A stretch of DNA of 64,000 nt, from NCBI RefSeq assembly GCF_057098645.1, contig NZ_CM169472.1. One strand, 5' to 3'. Of the stretch, positions 28,958 to 41,093 are shown piece by piece. Within the stretch, counting starts at the first letter, position 1, and every line of letters begins with the position of its first letter. The notes under the pieces were generated by a model, which worked only from the letters and a program-made list of their open reading frames with translations, did no database searches and had not been told where the DNA came from. Made by a program: the position numbers and the translations under genes.

Positions 28958-30502
28958 ATGGCTGACTCACAACCCCTGTCCGGTGCCCCGGAAGGTGCCG
29001 AATATTTAAGAGCGGTGCTACGCGCACCGGTCTACGAGGCGGCGCAGGTTACGCCGCTACAAAAAATGGAAAAGCTCTCGTCTCGTCTTGATAACGTGAT
29101 TCTGGTGAAACGCGAAGATCGCCAGCCAGTGCACAGCTTTAAGCTGCGCGGCGCATACGCCATGATGGCGGGCCTGACGGAAGAACAAAAAGCGCACGGC
29201 GTGATCACTGCTTCTGCGGGTAACCACGCGCAGGGCGTCGCGTTTTCTTCTGCGCGGTTAGGCGTGAAGGCCCTGATCGTTATGCCAACCGCCACCGCCG
29301 ACATCAAAGTCGACGCGGTGCGCGGCTTCGGCGGCGAAGTGCTGCTCCACGGCGCGAACTTTGATGAAGCGAAAGCCAAAGCGATCGAACTGTCACAGCA
29401 GCAGGGCTTCACCTGGGTGCCGCCGTTCGACCATCCGATGGTGATTGCCGGGCAAGGCACGCTGGCGCTGGAACTGCTCCAGCAGGATGCTCATCTCGAC
29501 CGCGTATTTGTGCCAGTCGGCGGCGGCGGTCTGGCTGCTGGCGTGTCGGTGCTGATCAAACAACTGATGCCGCAAATCAAAGTGATCGCCGTAGAAGCGG
29601 AAGACTCCGCCTGCCTGAAAGCAGCGCTGGATGCGGGTCATCCGGTTGATCTGCCACGCGTGGGACTGTTCGCCGAAGGTGTCGCGGTAAAACGCATCGG
29701 CGACGAAACCTTCCGTTTATGCCAGGAGTATCTCGACGACATCATCACCGTCGATAGTGATGCGATCTGTGCGGCGATGAAGGATTTATTCGAAGATGTG
29801 CGCGCAGTGGCGGAACCCTCTGGCGCGTTGGCGCTGGCGGGAATGAAAAAATATATCGCTCAGCACAACATTCGCGGCGAACGCCTGGCGCATATTCTTT
29901 CCGGTGCTAACGTGAACTTTCACGGCTTGCGCTACGTCTCGGAACGCTGCGAACTGGGCGAACAGCGTGAAGCGTTGCTGGCGGTCACCATCCCGGAAGA
30001 AAAAGGCAGCTTCCTCAAATTCTGCCAGCTGCTTGGCGGGCGCTCGGTCACCGAGTTCAACTACCGTTTTGCCGATGCCAAAAACGCCTGCATCTTTGTC
30101 GGCGTGCGCCTGAGCCGCGGCCTCGAAGAGCGCAAAGAAATTTTAAAGATGCTCAACGACGGCGGCTACAGCGTGGTTGATCTCTCCGACGACGAAATGG
30201 CGAAGTTGCATGTGCGCTATATGGTCGGCGGGCGTCCGTCACATCCGTTGCAGGAACGCCTCTACAGCTTCGAATTCCCGGAATCACCGGGCGCGCTGCT
30301 GCGCTTCCTCAACACGCTGGGTACGCACTGGAACATTTCTTTATTCCACTATCGCAGCCATGGCACCGACTACGGGCGCGTACTGGCGGCGTTCGAACTT
30401 GGCGACCATGAACCGGATTTCGAAACCCGGCTGAATGAACTGGGCTACGATTGCCACGACGAAACCAATAATCCGGCGTTCAGGTTCTTTTTGGCGGGTT
30501 AA
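28958..30502 (+). CDS. ilvA: biosynthetic threonine deaminase
   Basis: 514 aa, protein recognised. Confidence 0.96.
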   Translation: MADSQPLSGAPEGAEYLRAVLRAPVYEAAQVTPLQKMEKLSSRLDNVILVKREDRQPVHSFKLRGAYAMMAGLTEEQKAHGVITASAGNHAQGVAFSSARLGVKALIVMPTATADIKVDAVRGFGGEVLLHGANFDEAKAKAIELSQQQGFTWVPPFDHPMVIAGQGTLALELLQQDAHLDRVFVPVGGGGLAAGVSVLIKQLMPQIKVIAVEAEDSACLKAALDAGHPVDLPRVGLFAEGVAVKRIGDETFRLCQEYLDDIITVDSDAICAAMKDLFEDVRAVAEPSGALALAGMKKYIAQHNIRGERLAHILSGANVNFHGLRYVSERCELGEQREALLAVTIPEEKGSFLKFCQLLGGRSVTEFNYRFADAKNACIFVGVRLSRGLEERKEILKMLNDGGYSVVDLSDDEMAKLHVRYMVGGRPSHPLQERLYSFEFPESPGALLRFLNTLGTHWNISLFHYRSHGTDYGRVLAAFELGDHEPDFETRLNELGYDCHDETNNPAFRFFLAG

Positions 30503-31392
30503 TGGTTCGGCAAAATCTTCCAGAACGCCTCAATCAGCGGCTCATGCAGCCGCTTTTTCTGCGCACAAACGCCCAGTTCAAACGGCGTTTTTTCATCGCT
30601 GCGCTCTAAAATCATCACGCGGTTACGCACCGGTTCGGGGCTGTTTTCCAGCACTACTTCCGGCAACAGCGCCACGCCACAGCCGAGCGCCACCATCGAT
30701 ACCATCGCTTCATGCCCGCCAACCGTGGCGTAAATCATCGGGTTACTGATTTTGTTACGCCGAAACCACAGTTCAATGCGGCGGCGTACCGGCCCCTGAT
30801 CGGCCATGATAAACGGCACCGTTGACCAGTCCGGCTTCTCTACCGACACCTGATTACGCACCGGGCAGGGCAGCGCGGGCGCAATCAGCACTACTGCCAG
30901 ATTCTCCAGCATCGAAAACGCCACTGCGCCGGGCAAGGTTTCCGGTTTACCCGCAATCGCCAGATCCGCTTCACCAGTGACCACCTTTTCCATCGCATCT
31001 GCCGCATCACCAGTAGTAAGTTTAATCTCCACCGACGGGTGTTCCGCGCGGAAGCGATCCAGAATCGGCGGCAGATGGCTGTAGGCAGCGGTCACCGAGC
31101 AGAAGATATGTAATTCGCCAGAGAGCGACGGCCCTTGCTGATCGATGGTGTGGCGCAGCTGCTGATACTGCAACAGCGTTTGCTGGGCGAAAACGCGCAG
31201 CTCTTCGCCCGCTTCCGTCAGCGTTACCGTGCGGTTATCGCGCACAAATAGCGGCTGACCAAGATCTTCTTCCAGGCGCTGAATCTGCCGTGAGAGCGTG
31301 GACGGGCTAACGTGCATCGCCCGCGCGCTGCGGCCAAAATGGCGGCTTTCCGCCAGATGCAGGAAGGTTTTCAGATCGCGTAAATCCAATGG
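30499..31392 (-). CDS. ilvY: LysR-family activator of ilvC
   Basis: Start placed at a TTG codon ([11 protein letters not shown]) to give the expected 297 aa; the ORF track starts at an upstream ATG that would run into the ilvC promoter. Confidence 0.85.
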   Translation of the reverse strand, partial: PLDLRDLKTFLHLAESRHFGRSARAMHVSPSTLSRQIQRLEEDLGQPLFVRDNRTVTLTEAGEELRVFAQQTLLQYQQLRHTIDQQGPSLSGELHIFCSVTAAYSHLPPILDRFRAEHPSVEIKLTTGDAADAMEKVVTGEADLAIAGKPETLPGAVAFSMLENLAVVLIAPALPCPVRNQVSVEKPDWSTVPFIMADQGPVRRRIELWFRRNKISNPMIYATVGGHEAMVSMVALGCGVALLPEVVLENSPEPVRNRVMILERSDEKTPFELGVCAQKKRLHEPLIEAFWKILPNH

Positions 31393-31405
31393 CGCAGCCC
31401 TCAAT

Positions 31406-31437
31406 GTTGACGTTGCAGAAATTGCAATGTGACGTTG
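31406..31437. promoter_or_regulatory. candidate IlvY operator in the ilvY-ilvC divergent region
   Basis: Dyad TTGCAGAAATTGCAA (31413-31427) flanked by direct repeats TGACGTTG at 31406 and 31430. Confidence 0.55.
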
Positions 31438-31538
31438 TGAATATATCAATTTCCGCAATAAATTTCCTGTCATATAGTGAATTCAATCTCGCAAACGCGA
31501 ACCGAACAATAAGAAGCACAACATCACGAGGAATCACC

Positions 31539-33014
31539 ATGGCTAACTACTTCAATACACTGAATCTGCGCCAGCAGCTGGCACAGCTGGGCAAATGTCG
31601 CTTTATGGGGCGCGATGAATTCGCCGATGGCGCGAGCTACCTTCAGGGTAAAAAAGTGGTCATCGTCGGCTGTGGCGCACAGGGTCTGAACCAGGGTCTG
31701 AACATGCGTGATTCTGGTCTCGATATCTCCTACGCTCTGCGTAAAGAAGCGATTGCCGAGAAGCGCGCGTCCTGGCGTAAAGCAACCGAAAATGGTTTTA
31801 AAGTGGGTACTTACGAAGAACTGATCCCACAGGCGGATCTGGTGGTTAACCTGACGCCGGACAAGCAGCACTCTGATGTAGTGCGCACCGTACAGCCACT
31901 GATGAAAGACGGCGCGGCGCTGGGTTACTCGCACGGTTTCAACATCGTCGAAGTGGGCGAGCAGATCCGTAAAGATATCACCGTAGTCATGGTTGCGCCG
32001 AAATGCCCTGGCACCGAAGTGCGTGAAGAGTACAAACGTGGATTCGGCGTACCGACGCTGATTGCCGTTCACCCGGAAAACGATCCGAAAGGCGAAGGTA
32101 TGGCGATCGCTAAAGCATGGGCGGCAGCAACCGGTGGTCACCGTGCGGGCGTGCTGGAATCGTCCTTCGTTGCGGAAGTGAAATCTGACCTGATGGGCGA
32201 GCAAACCATTCTGTGCGGTATGTTGCAGGCTGGCTCGCTGCTGTGCTTCGACAAGCTGGTGGAAGAAGGCACCGACCCGGCATATGCAGAAAAACTGATT
32301 CAGTTCGGCTGGGAAACCATCACCGAAGCGCTGAAACAGGGCGGCATCACCCTGATGATGGACCGTCTCTCTAACCCGGCGAAACTGCGTGCTTACGCGC
32401 TGTCAGAACAGCTGAAAGAGATCATGGCGCCGCTGTTCCAGAAACATATGGACGACATCATCTCCGGCGAATTCTCCTCCGGTATGATGGCGGACTGGGC
32501 CAACGATGATAAGAAACTGCTGACCTGGCGTGAAGAGACCGGCAAAACCGCGTTTGAAACCGCGCCGCAGTATGAAGGCAAAATCGGCGAGCAGGAGTAC
32601 TTCGATAAAGGCGTACTGATGATCGCGATGGTGAAAGCGGGCGTTGAGCTGGCATTTGAAACCATGGTTGATTCCGGCATCATCGAAGAATCTGCTTACT
32701 ATGAATCACTGCACGAACTGCCGCTGATTGCCAACACCATCGCCCGTAAGCGTCTGTACGAAATGAACGTGGTTATCTCTGATACCGCCGAGTACGGTAA
32801 CTATCTGTTCTCTTACGCTTGTGTGCCGTTGCTGAAACCGTTTATGGCAGAGCTGCAACCGGGCGACCTGGGTAAAGCTATTCCGGAAGGTGCGGTAGAT
32901 AACGCGCAACTGCGTGATGTGAACGAAGCGATTCGCAGCCATGCAATTGAGCAGGTAGGTAAGAAACTGCGCGGCTATATGACAGATATGAAACGCATTG
33001 CTGTTGCGGGTTAA
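31539..33014 (+). CDS. ilvC: ketol-acid reductoisomerase
   Basis: Start at [14 protein letters not shown], 491 aa. Confidence 0.96.
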   Translation: MANYFNTLNLRQQLAQLGKCRFMGRDEFADGASYLQGKKVVIVGCGAQGLNQGLNMRDSGLDISYALRKEAIAEKRASWRKATENGFKVGTYEELIPQADLVVNLTPDKQHSDVVRTVQPLMKDGAALGYSHGFNIVEVGEQIRKDITVVMVAPKCPGTEVREEYKRGFGVPTLIAVHPENDPKGEGMAIAKAWAAATGGHRAGVLESSFVAEVKSDLMGEQTILCGMLQAGSLLCFDKLVEEGTDPAYAEKLIQFGWETITEALKQGGITLMMDRLSNPAKLRAYALSEQLKEIMAPLFQKHMDDIISGEFSSGMMADWANDDKKLLTWREETGKTAFETAPQYEGKIGEQEYFDKGVLMIAMVKAGVELAFETMVDSGIIEESAYYESLHELPLIANTIARKRLYEMNVVISDTAEYGNYLFSYACVPLLKPFMAELQPGDLGKAIPEGAVDNAQLRDVNEAIRSHAIEQVGKKLRGYMTDMKRIAVAG

Positions 33015-33030
33015 TAGCGATTCAGAGTTC

Positions 33031-33055
33031 AAGGCCTTCTCCCGGAGAAGGCCTT
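33031..33055. terminator. bidirectional intrinsic terminator between convergent ilvC and ppiC
   Basis: Perfect hairpin aaggccttctcc-cgg-agaaggcctt with T-rich flanks on both strands. Confidence 0.75.
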
Positions 33056-33059
33056 ACTG

Positions 33060-33365
<306 letters not shown>

Positions 33366-33539
33366 TCAGGCGGCGATTTTAGCATGATCCGCAGATGCTA
33401 ACGTAATTGTCAGTCAGGGAGGGGCTGGTACATATATGGCAAAAGCCCGGAAAATCCGGGCTTCGCAGGTCCCTCAAGGGGAGAAAACTTAGGGCCTCTA
33501 TGGGCTACAAAGTCATTATCGGGGATGGTGATTTTATTG

Positions 33540-33989
33540 TCAATTTATGAGCGATATGGCATTGATTGACTTGATGACCGCCCTCTGTATGTCTGCAACC
33601 AACTCATGTGGCAAACATTGATTAAGATACCCTCTGTAAGTTCTTGCTCTGTTTAATCTGTTTCGACTGACTTGTTGTACCAGGTCGGCTTTGGCCCAAC
33701 GAATCTGCTGATCAAAGAATTGCAGGTCATTGATAATATTACTGGCTATTTCAACATGCATTCCACGATTTAACTTGTCATGGTCGCGAGTGGTTGATAA
33801 TGGAACGACGATACATGCGTTGCCATTAATTTTTCCGTTGAGCACGACAACTAACCTGTTTTTTATCATTTCAGGAGGAATGCGGCCATCGTAATACGTG
33901 GTGCTGAACGGTCCATTTTGGCTAACAGGATAGTTACCAAAGTTGCATTCCAGTATTTCACCAACCTTAGGGCTGAAATTAATCGCCAC
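33540..33989 (-). CDS. yifN: PemK/MazF-like toxin-fold protein (yifN-like), 149 aa
   Basis: Start proposed at a GTG preceded by the strong Shine-Dalgarno AAGGAGAG; N-terminal GEILECNFG, then RLVVVLNG and IVVPLSTT, resemble the PemK/MazF fold; the longer 212-aa track ORF reads into the IS2 end. Confidence 0.6.
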   Translation of the reverse strand: MAINFSPKVGEILECNFGNYPVSQNGPFSTTYYDGRIPPEMIKNRLVVVLNGKINGNACIVVPLSTTRDHDKLNRGMHVEIASNIINDLQFFDQQIRWAKADLVQQVSRNRLNRARTYRGYLNQCLPHELVADIQRAVIKSINAISLIN

Positions 33990-34134
33990 GAGTAAACCTC
34001 TCCTTAGTAAACTCTGAAAAAGTAATAACACAACGTTACGACCTAGACTGGCCCCCTGAATCTCCAGACAACCAGTATCACTTAAATAAGTGATAGTCTT
34101 AATACTAGTTTTTAGACTAGTCATTGGAGAACAG

Positions 34135-34500
34135 ATGATTGATGTCTTAGGGCCGGAGAAACGCAGACGGCGTACCACACAGGAAAAGATCGCAATTGTT
34201 CAGCAGAGCTTTGAACCGGGGATGACGGTCTCCCTCGTTGCCCGGCAACATGGTGTAGCAGCCAGCCAGTTATTTCTCTGGCGTAAGCAATACCAGGAAG
34301 GAAGTCTTACTGCTGTGGCCGCCGGAGAACAGGTTGTTCCTGCCTCTGAACTTGCTGCCGCCATGAAGCAGATTAAAGAACTCCAGCGCCTGCTCGGCAA
34401 GAAAACGATGGAAAATGAACTCCTCAAAGAAGCCGTTGAATATGGACGGGCAAAAAAGTGGATAGCGCACGCGCCCTTATTGCCCGGGGATGGGGAGTAA
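34135..34500 (+). CDS. insC: IS2 OrfA (InsC), transposition regulator
   Basis: 121 aa starting [14 protein letters not shown]; helix-turn-helix protein. Confidence 0.93.
34452..34458 (+). other. A6G slippery heptamer, programmed -1 frameshift site joining insC to insD
   Basis: AAAAAAG near the end of insC; the insD frame is -1 relative to insC and overlaps it. Confidence 0.75.
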
Positions 34501-35363
34501 GCTTAGTCAGCCGTTGTCTCCGGGTGTCGCGTGCGCAGTTGCACGTCATTCTCAGACGAACCGATGACTGGATGGATGGCCGCCGCAGTCGTCACACTGA
34601 TGATACGGATGTGCTTCTCCGTATACACCATGTTATCGGAGAGCTGCCCACGTATGGTTATCGTCGGGTATGGGCGCTGCTTCGCAGACAGGCAGAACTT
34701 GATGGTATGCCTGCGATCAATGCCAAACGTGTTTACCGGATCATGCGCCAGAATGCGCTGTTGCTTGAGCGAAAACCTGCTGTACCGCCATCGAAACGGG
34801 CACATACAGGCAGAGTGGCCGTGAAAGAAAGCAATCAGCGATGGTGCTCTGACGGGTTCGAGTTCTGCTGTGATAACGGAGAGAGACTGCGTGTCACGTT
34901 CGCGCTGGACTGCTGTGATCGTGAGGCACTGCACTGGGCGGTGACTACCGGCGGCTTCAACAGTGAAACAGTACAGGACGTCATGCTGGGAGCGGTGGAA
35001 CGCCGCTTCGGCAACGATCTTCCGTCGTCTCCAGTGGAGTGGCTGACGGATAATGGTTCATGCTACCGGGCTAATGAAACACGCCAGTTCGCCCGGATGT
35101 TGGGACTTGAACCGAAGAACACGGCGGTGCGGAGTCCGGAGAGTAACGGAATAGCAGAGAGCTTCGTGAAAACGATAAAGCGTGACTACATCAGTATCAT
35201 GCCCAAACCAGACGGGTTAACGGCAGCAAAGAACCTTGCAGAGGCGTTCGAGCATTATAACGAATGGCATCCGCATAGTGCGCTGGGTTATCGCTCGCCA
35301 CGGGAATATCTGCGGCAGCGGGCTTGTAATGGGTTAAGTGATAACAGATGTCTGGAAATATAG
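34458..35363 (+). CDS. insD: IS2 OrfB (InsD), DDE transposase catalytic part
   Basis: 301-aa ORF in the -1 frame, recognised as IS3-family integrase; probably expressed as an OrfAB fusion. Confidence 0.9.
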
Positions 35364-35541
35364 GGGCAAATCCACGACCCGATATTTTCTAAGTCTAATG
35401 GATTCACGATGAACTCCGATTTCGGTCTTCTCTCTCTGATTTAAACATCCGCAGCCAACCGGTTAGCGGCTTACACGCGGTCACATTCAAATGCGATTCT
35501 GCTACAATCCTCCCCCCGTTCGAAGATTGAGCAATACACCT

Positions 35542-37563
35542 ATGCGTCTAAACCCCGGCCAACAACAAGCTGTCGAATTCGTTACCGGCCCCTGCCTGGT
35601 GCTGGCGGGCGCGGGTTCCGGTAAAACTCGCGTGATCACCAATAAAATCGCCCATCTGATCCGCGGTTGCGGTTATCAGGCGCGACATATCGCGGCGGTG
35701 ACCTTTACCAATAAGGCGGCGCGCGAGATGAAAGAGCGTGTAGGGCAGACGCTGGGGCGCAAAGAGGCGCGTGGGCTGATGATCTCCACTTTCCATACGT
35801 TGGGGCTGGATATCATCAAACGCGAGTATGCGGCGCTTGGGATGAAAGCGAACTTCTCGTTGTTTGACGATACCGATCAGCTTGCTTTGCTTAAAGAGTT
35901 GACCGAGGGGCTGATTGAAGATGACAAAGTTCTCCTGCAACAACTGATTTCGACCATCTCTAACTGGAAGAACGATCTCAAAACTCCGGCGCAGGCGGCG
36001 GCAGAGGCAAAGGGCGAGCGGGATCGTATTTTTGCCCATTGTTATGGGCTGTATGATGCACACCTGAAAGCCTGTAACGTTCTCGACTTCGATGACCTGA
36101 TTTTATTGCCGACGTTGCTGCTGCAACGCAATGAAGAAGTACGCGAACGCTGGCAGAACAAAATTCGCTACCTGCTGGTGGATGAGTATCAGGACACCAA
36201 CACCAGCCAGTATGAACTGGTGAAACTGCTGGTGGGCAGCCGCGCGCGCTTTACCGTGGTGGGTGACGATGACCAGTCGATCTACTCCTGGCGCGGTGCA
36301 CGTCCGCAAAACCTGGTGCTGCTGAGTCAGGATTTTCCGGCGCTGAAGGTGATTAAGCTTGAGCAGAACTATCGCTCTTCCGGGCGTATTCTGAAAGCGG
36401 CGAACATCCTGATCGCCAATAACCCGCACGTCTTTGAAAAGCGTCTGTTCTCCGAACTGGGTTACGGCACAGAGCTAAAAGTTTTAAGCGCGAATAACGA
36501 GGAACATGAAGCCGAGCGCGTTACTGGCGAGCTGATCGCCCATCACTTCGTCAATAAAACGCAGTACAAAGATTACGCCATTCTTTATCGCGGCAACCAT
36601 CAGTCGCGGGTATTTGAAAAATTCCTGATGCAAAACCGCATCCCGTACAAAATATCCGGTGGTACGTCGTTTTTCTCTCGTCCTGAAATCAAGGACTTGC
36701 TGGCTTATCTGCGCGTGCTGACTAACCCGGACGATGACAGCGCATTTCTGCGTATCGTTAACACGCCGAAGCGAGAGATTGGCCCGGCGACGCTGAAAAA
36801 GTTGGGTGAATGGGCGATGACGCGCAATAAAAGCATGTTTACCGCCAGCTTTGATATGGGCCTGAGTCAGACGCTTAGCGGACGTGGTTATGAAGCATTG
36901 ACCCGCTTCACTCACTGGTTGGCAGAAATCCAGCGTCTGGCGGAGCGGGAGCCGATTGCCGCGGTGCGTGATCTGATCCATGGCATGGATTATGAATCCT
37001 GGCTGTACGAAACATCGCCCAGCCCGAAAGCCGCCGAAATGCGCATGAAGAACGTCAACCAACTGTTTAGCTGGATGACGGAGATGCTGGAAGGCAGTGA
37101 ACTGGATGAGCCGATGACGCTCACCCAGGTGGTGACGCGCTTTACTTTGCGCGACATGATGGAGCGTGGTGAGAGTGAAGAAGAGCTGGATCAGGTGCAA
37201 CTGATGACTCTCCACGCGTCAAAAGGACTGGAGTTTCCTTATGTCTACATGGTCGGTATGGAAGAAGGGTTTTTGCCGCACCAGAGCAGTATCGATGAAG
37301 ATAATATCGATGAGGAGCGGCGGCTGGCCTATGTCGGCATTACCCGCGCCCAGAAGGAATTGACCTTTACGCTGTGTAAAGAACGCCGTCAGTACGGCGA
37401 ACTGGTGCGCCCGGAGCCGAGCCGCTTTTTGCTGGAGCTGCCGCAGGATGATCTGATTTGGGAACAGGAGCGCAAAGTGGTCAGCGCCGAAGAACGGATG
37501 CAGAAAGGGCAAAGCCATCTGGCGAATCTGAAAGCGATGATGGCGGCAAAACGAGGGAAATAA
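35542..37563 (+). CDS. rep: ATP-dependent DNA helicase Rep
   Basis: Start at [13 protein letters not shown] (673 aa); Walker A GAGSGKT; UvrD/Rep superfamily 1 motifs. Confidence 0.96.
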   Translation: MRLNPGQQQAVEFVTGPCLVLAGAGSGKTRVITNKIAHLIRGCGYQARHIAAVTFTNKAAREMKERVGQTLGRKEARGLMISTFHTLGLDIIKREYAALGMKANFSLFDDTDQLALLKELTEGLIEDDKVLLQQLISTISNWKNDLKTPAQAAAEAKGERDRIFAHCYGLYDAHLKACNVLDFDDLILLPTLLLQRNEEVRERWQNKIRYLLVDEYQDTNTSQYELVKLLVGSRARFTVVGDDDQSIYSWRGARPQNLVLLSQDFPALKVIKLEQNYRSSGRILKAANILIANNPHVFEKRLFSELGYGTELKVLSANNEEHEAERVTGELIAHHFVNKTQYKDYAILYRGNHQSRVFEKFLMQNRIPYKISGGTSFFSRPEIKDLLAYLRVLTNPDDDSAFLRIVNTPKREIGPATLKKLGEWAMTRNKSMFTASFDMGLSQTLSGRGYEALTRFTHWLAEIQRLAEREPIAAVRDLIHGMDYESWLYETSPSPKAAEMRMKNVNQLFSWMTEMLEGSELDEPMTLTQVVTRFTLRDMMERGESEEELDQVQLMTLHASKGLEFPYVYMVGMEEGFLPHQSSIDEDNIDEERRLAYVGITRAQKELTFTLCKERRQYGELVRPEPSRFLLELPQDDLIWEQERKVVSAEERMQKGQSHLANLKAMMAAKRGK

Positions 37564-37609
37564 TCAAGGCCGGAAAAGATGCGTCAGCATCGCATCCGGC
37601 ACTTACTCA

Positions 37610-39094
37610 TTAATGCACTTCCAGCGGCCAGTGGACATAGCTCTGCCACTGGCTTTCCTGAGCAATAATCTCTTTACCCAGCGGATGTTGGGTTAGCCAA
37701 CCTTGCGGAAGCGTCAAGGTCAACAGTTCATGGTTAGCCTGTAATGTCATCTCTGGCACGAGATCGTCACGGCGACGGCTGGCAAAAATGATGGCCAGGC
37801 GTAGTAAACGGCAGAGTTGTTCTGCGACGCGCGGCGGTACGGCATTTTGCTGATGCAGCGATGAGAGATCGATCGGATTAGTCTGGTTGAGCAGTAGTGT
37901 CGCCAGCAATTTTTTCTGTGCGGGGGTAAAACCGGGAAGATCCAGATTACGCACCAGATAAGCAGCGTGTTGCGGCGCTTGTTTGAAGTCAACGCTCAGG
38001 CCGATTTCATGAAGCTGACAGGCGCTGATGAGCAAATCGCGGCTTATTGCTTCAAGATGCCATTCGTTTTCCACCTGATCGAAGAAGTTAGCCGCAACTT
38101 TGGCTACGCGCTGTGCCTGATCAATATCGATCATAAAGCGGCGTTGAATATTACGCAGCGTACGGCTGCGAATATCCTGCTCGACGGCCAGATGCAACAT
38201 GCCGTAGACCAGGCCTTCACGCAGCGCACCGCCCGCCAGGGTCATACACTGAATATTCAGTTCGGTAAAAATGGCGATCAGGATCGCCAGACCACTCGGG
38301 AACACTAACGCACGTTCCAGCGTCAGCCCGTCAATCTCTAGCTCTTCCAGCCGACCGCAATGAATGGCGCGTTGTTTCAGTTGCTGCAACTTTTCCAGGG
38401 TAATGCGTTCATCCATCCCCTGTGCCATCATGATTTCCTGTAACGCCTGCACGGTGCCGGAAGCACCAACGCACACTTTCCAGCCGTGATACCGTAATTC
38501 ATCGGCAACCGGACGTAACACTTCGCGTGCCGCTTTTTCTGCAGCATCAAAATTTTCCTGCCCCAGATTACGATCGGCAAAATAGCGTTCCAGCCAGGTG
38601 ACGCAGCCCATCGACAGGCTGAACAACGAGGTGGTTTGTGCACCCGTGCCGGTTACCAGTTCAGTACTGGCTCCGCCTATATCCACCACCAGGCGCTGAT
38701 CGGCACCACCAGTGGTGTGAGCAACGCCCTGATAAATCAGACGTGCTTCCTCTTCACCGCTGATCACCTGTACCGGACAACCGAGAATTTCCTGCGCTTT
38801 GGCAATAAAATCACCCGCATTGACGGCAAGGCGTAACGTCGCCGTAGCGACAACGCGAATTTGCGAGGGAGGAATATCTTGCAGACGTTCAGCAAACAGG
38901 CGCAGACATTGCCAACCGCGCTCCATTGCTTCATTGGAGAGGGCATTTTCGCTATTCAGGCCAGCAGCCAGACGCACTTTGCGTTTTATTCGCGTCAGCG
39001 TCTGGATGCTTCCAGCCACCTCGCGCACAACCAGCATATGAAAACTATTCGAACCGAGATCAATGGCTGCATACAGCGACGAGGTGGAACCCAT
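37610..39094 (-). CDS. gpp: guanosine pentaphosphate phosphohydrolase (Ppx/GppA family)
   Basis: Start at [19 protein letters not shown], 494 aa. Confidence 0.93.
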   Translation of the reverse strand: MGSTSSLYAAIDLGSNSFHMLVVREVAGSIQTLTRIKRKVRLAAGLNSENALSNEAMERGWQCLRLFAERLQDIPPSQIRVVATATLRLAVNAGDFIAKAQEILGCPVQVISGEEEARLIYQGVAHTTGGADQRLVVDIGGASTELVTGTGAQTTSLFSLSMGCVTWLERYFADRNLGQENFDAAEKAAREVLRPVADELRYHGWKVCVGASGTVQALQEIMMAQGMDERITLEKLQQLKQRAIHCGRLEELEIDGLTLERALVFPSGLAILIAIFTELNIQCMTLAGGALREGLVYGMLHLAVEQDIRSRTLRNIQRRFMIDIDQAQRVAKVAANFFDQVENEWHLEAISRDLLISACQLHEIGLSVDFKQAPQHAAYLVRNLDLPGFTPAQKKLLATLLLNQTNPIDLSSLHQQNAVPPRVAEQLCRLLRLAIIFASRRRDDLVPEMTLQANHELLTLTLPQGWLTQHPLGKEIIAQESQWQSYVHWPLEVH

Positions 39095-39227
39095 ACTCTT
39101 CATCCTTCAATCTGTCTCTGTGTTGGCTGCATTCTTTCACCTGAATCACTTACTACAGTAAGTGATTCAGGATTCATTCTCTTGCCATCTTGATACAGTT
39201 TGAATGATTTTGAGTATGACATTTTAT

Positions 39228-40493
39228 TTAACCTGAACGACGACGATTACGCGGAGCGCCAGTACGACGCGGACCATTGCCTGTACGTGGGCGCGTGAGG
39301 CGCAGCGGTTTTGGCAGATCGGTCATCAATGTGTCCGGATTGTATTTGCTTACCGGAATTGAGTGACCAATATAGGTTTCAATAGCAGGCAAATTCAATG
39401 CATACTCTTCACACGCCAGGCTGATAGAGTGACCGCTTGCGCCTGCGCGACCTGTACGACCAATACGGTGAACGTAATCTTCACAGTCATCGGGTAAATC
39501 GTAGTTAAAGACGTGCGTCACTGCCGGAATATGCAAACCACGCGCGGCAACGTCGGTGGCAACCAGAATATCCAGATCGCCACGGGTAAATTCATCAAGA
39601 ATACGCAGACGTTTTTTCTGCGCGACATCGCCTGTCAACAAACCGACACGATGACCATCTGCCGCCAGGTGGCCCCAGATCTCTTCACAACGGTGTTTGG
39701 TATTGGCGAAAATAATCGCTCTGTCTGGCCACTCTTCTTCGATCAGCGTTTGCAGCAAACGCATTTTTTCTTCGTTAGAAGGGTAGAAAAGCTCTTCTTT
39801 AATACGGTGGCCCGTTTTCTGTTCCGGTTCCACTTCAATATATTCGGCATTGTTCATCTGCTCGAACGCCAGTTCACGTACCCGGTACGAAAGCGTGGCG
39901 GAGAACAGCATGTTGAGGCGCTGGTTTGCAGGCGGCATACGGCGGAACAGCCAGCGGATATCTTTAATAAAGCCCAGATCGTACATGCGATCGGCTTCGT
40001 CCAGTACCACTACCTGAATGGCACCGAGGTTAATGTGGTTCTGCTTGGCGTAGTCAATTAAACGACCCGTGGTGCCAATCAGAATGTCAACGCCGCTTTC
40101 CAGCACTTTCAGCTGTTTGTCGTAACCATCACCACCGTAAGCCAGACCCAGCTTCAGGCCGGTAGCTTCCGCCAGCGGTTCCGCATCGGCATGGATCTGC
40201 ACGGCAAGTTCACGCGTCGGTGCCATAATTAAGGCACGCGGCTGATTCACCTTGCGATCGGCAATCGCAGGATGAGAGAGAAGATAATGAAACGTTGACG
40301 TAAGAAACGCCATCGTTTTCCCGGTACCGGTTTGCGCCTGCCCGGCTACGTCACGACCCGCCAGCGTCAGCGGAAGGGCCAGTGCCTGAATGGGCGTACA
40401 GTTATGAAACCCTTTTTTTTCAAGGGCTTCTACAACCTTCGGATGCAGGGCGAAGTCGGAAAACTTCTGTTCTGTTAAATGTGTTTTGCTCAT
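39228..40493 (-). CDS. rhlB: DEAD-box RNA helicase RhlB
   Basis: 421 aa; DEAD box (VVLDEADRM), Walker A-like AQTGTGKT, Arg-rich C-terminus. Confidence 0.95.
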   Translation of the reverse strand: MSKTHLTEQKFSDFALHPKVVEALEKKGFHNCTPIQALALPLTLAGRDVAGQAQTGTGKTMAFLTSTFHYLLSHPAIADRKVNQPRALIMAPTRELAVQIHADAEPLAEATGLKLGLAYGGDGYDKQLKVLESGVDILIGTTGRLIDYAKQNHINLGAIQVVVLDEADRMYDLGFIKDIRWLFRRMPPANQRLNMLFSATLSYRVRELAFEQMNNAEYIEVEPEQKTGHRIKEELFYPSNEEKMRLLQTLIEEEWPDRAIIFANTKHRCEEIWGHLAADGHRVGLLTGDVAQKKRLRILDEFTRGDLDILVATDVAARGLHIPAVTHVFNYDLPDDCEDYVHRIGRTGRAGASGHSISLACEEYALNLPAIETYIGHSIPVSKYNPDTLMTDLPKPLRLTRPRTGNGPRRTGAPRNRRRSG

Positions 40494-40623
40494 AGTGTGG
40501 TAGAATATCAGCTTACTATTGCTTTACGAAAGCGTATCCGGTGAAATAAAGTCAACCTTTAGTTGGTTAATGTTACACCAACAACGAAACCAACACGCCA
40601 GGCTTATTCCTGTGGAGTTATAT

Positions 40624-40953
40624 ATGAGCGATAAAATTATTCACCTGACTGACGACAGTTTTGACACGGATGTACTCAAAGCGGACGGGGCGATCCTCGT
40701 CGATTTCTGGGCAGAGTGGTGCGGTCCGTGCAAAATGATCGCCCCGATTCTGGATGAAATCGCTGACGAATATCAGGGCAAACTGACCGTTGCAAAACTG
40801 AACATCGATCAAAACCCTGGCACTGCGCCGAAATATGGCATCCGTGGTATCCCGACTCTGCTGCTGTTCAAAAACGGTGAAGTGGCGGCAACCAAAGTGG
40901 GCGCACTGTCTAAAGGTCAGTTGAAAGAGTTCCTCGACGCTAACCTGGCGTAA
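40624..40953 (+). CDS. trxA: thioredoxin 1
   Basis: Start at [13 protein letters not shown], 109 aa, active site WCGPC. Confidence 0.97.
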
Positions 40954-41093
40954 GGGAATTTCATGTTCGGGTGCCCCGTCGCTAAAAACTGGACGCCCGG
41001 CGTGAGTCATGCTAACTTAGTGTTGACTTCGTATTAAACATACCTTATTAAGTTTGAATCTTGTAATTTCCAACGCTTCCCATTTTATCTTAA

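Larger units (their letters stand above)
34044..35374 (+). mobile_element. insertion sequence IS2, complete copy
   Basis: Starts TAGACTGGCCCCCTGAATCTCC and ends TAGGGGCAAATCCA; exactly 1331 bp; flanked by 5-bp direct repeats CGACC at 34039-34043 and 35375-35379; encodes InsC and InsD. Confidence 0.95.

Noticed and set aside
33540-34178. 212-aa ORF as listed in the track
   Set aside because: Its first 45 codons are read from the left end of IS2 (34044..34178), so it is a chimeric artefact; the native gene most likely starts at the GTG at 33989 behind a strong Shine-Dalgarno.
35375-35541. Possible antitoxin micro-ORF between IS2 and rep (14-codon frame on the minus strand)
   Set aside because: Too short, no Shine-Dalgarno, and no resemblance to known antitoxin folds; the region more plausibly holds the rep promoter.
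35548-37518. Long antisense ORFs inside rep (171, 108, 243 and 99 aa on the minus strand)
   Set aside because: They lie fully within the well-supported rep coding sequence on the opposite strand; this is the usual antisense open-frame artefact of GC-rich coding DNA.
38799-39193. Plus-strand ORFs of 80, 110 and 72 aa overlapping the gpp 5' end and the gpp-rhlB intergenic region
   Set aside because: They are antisense to gpp or in a region with no start signals, and are low-complexity Arg/Ser-rich frames typical of noise.
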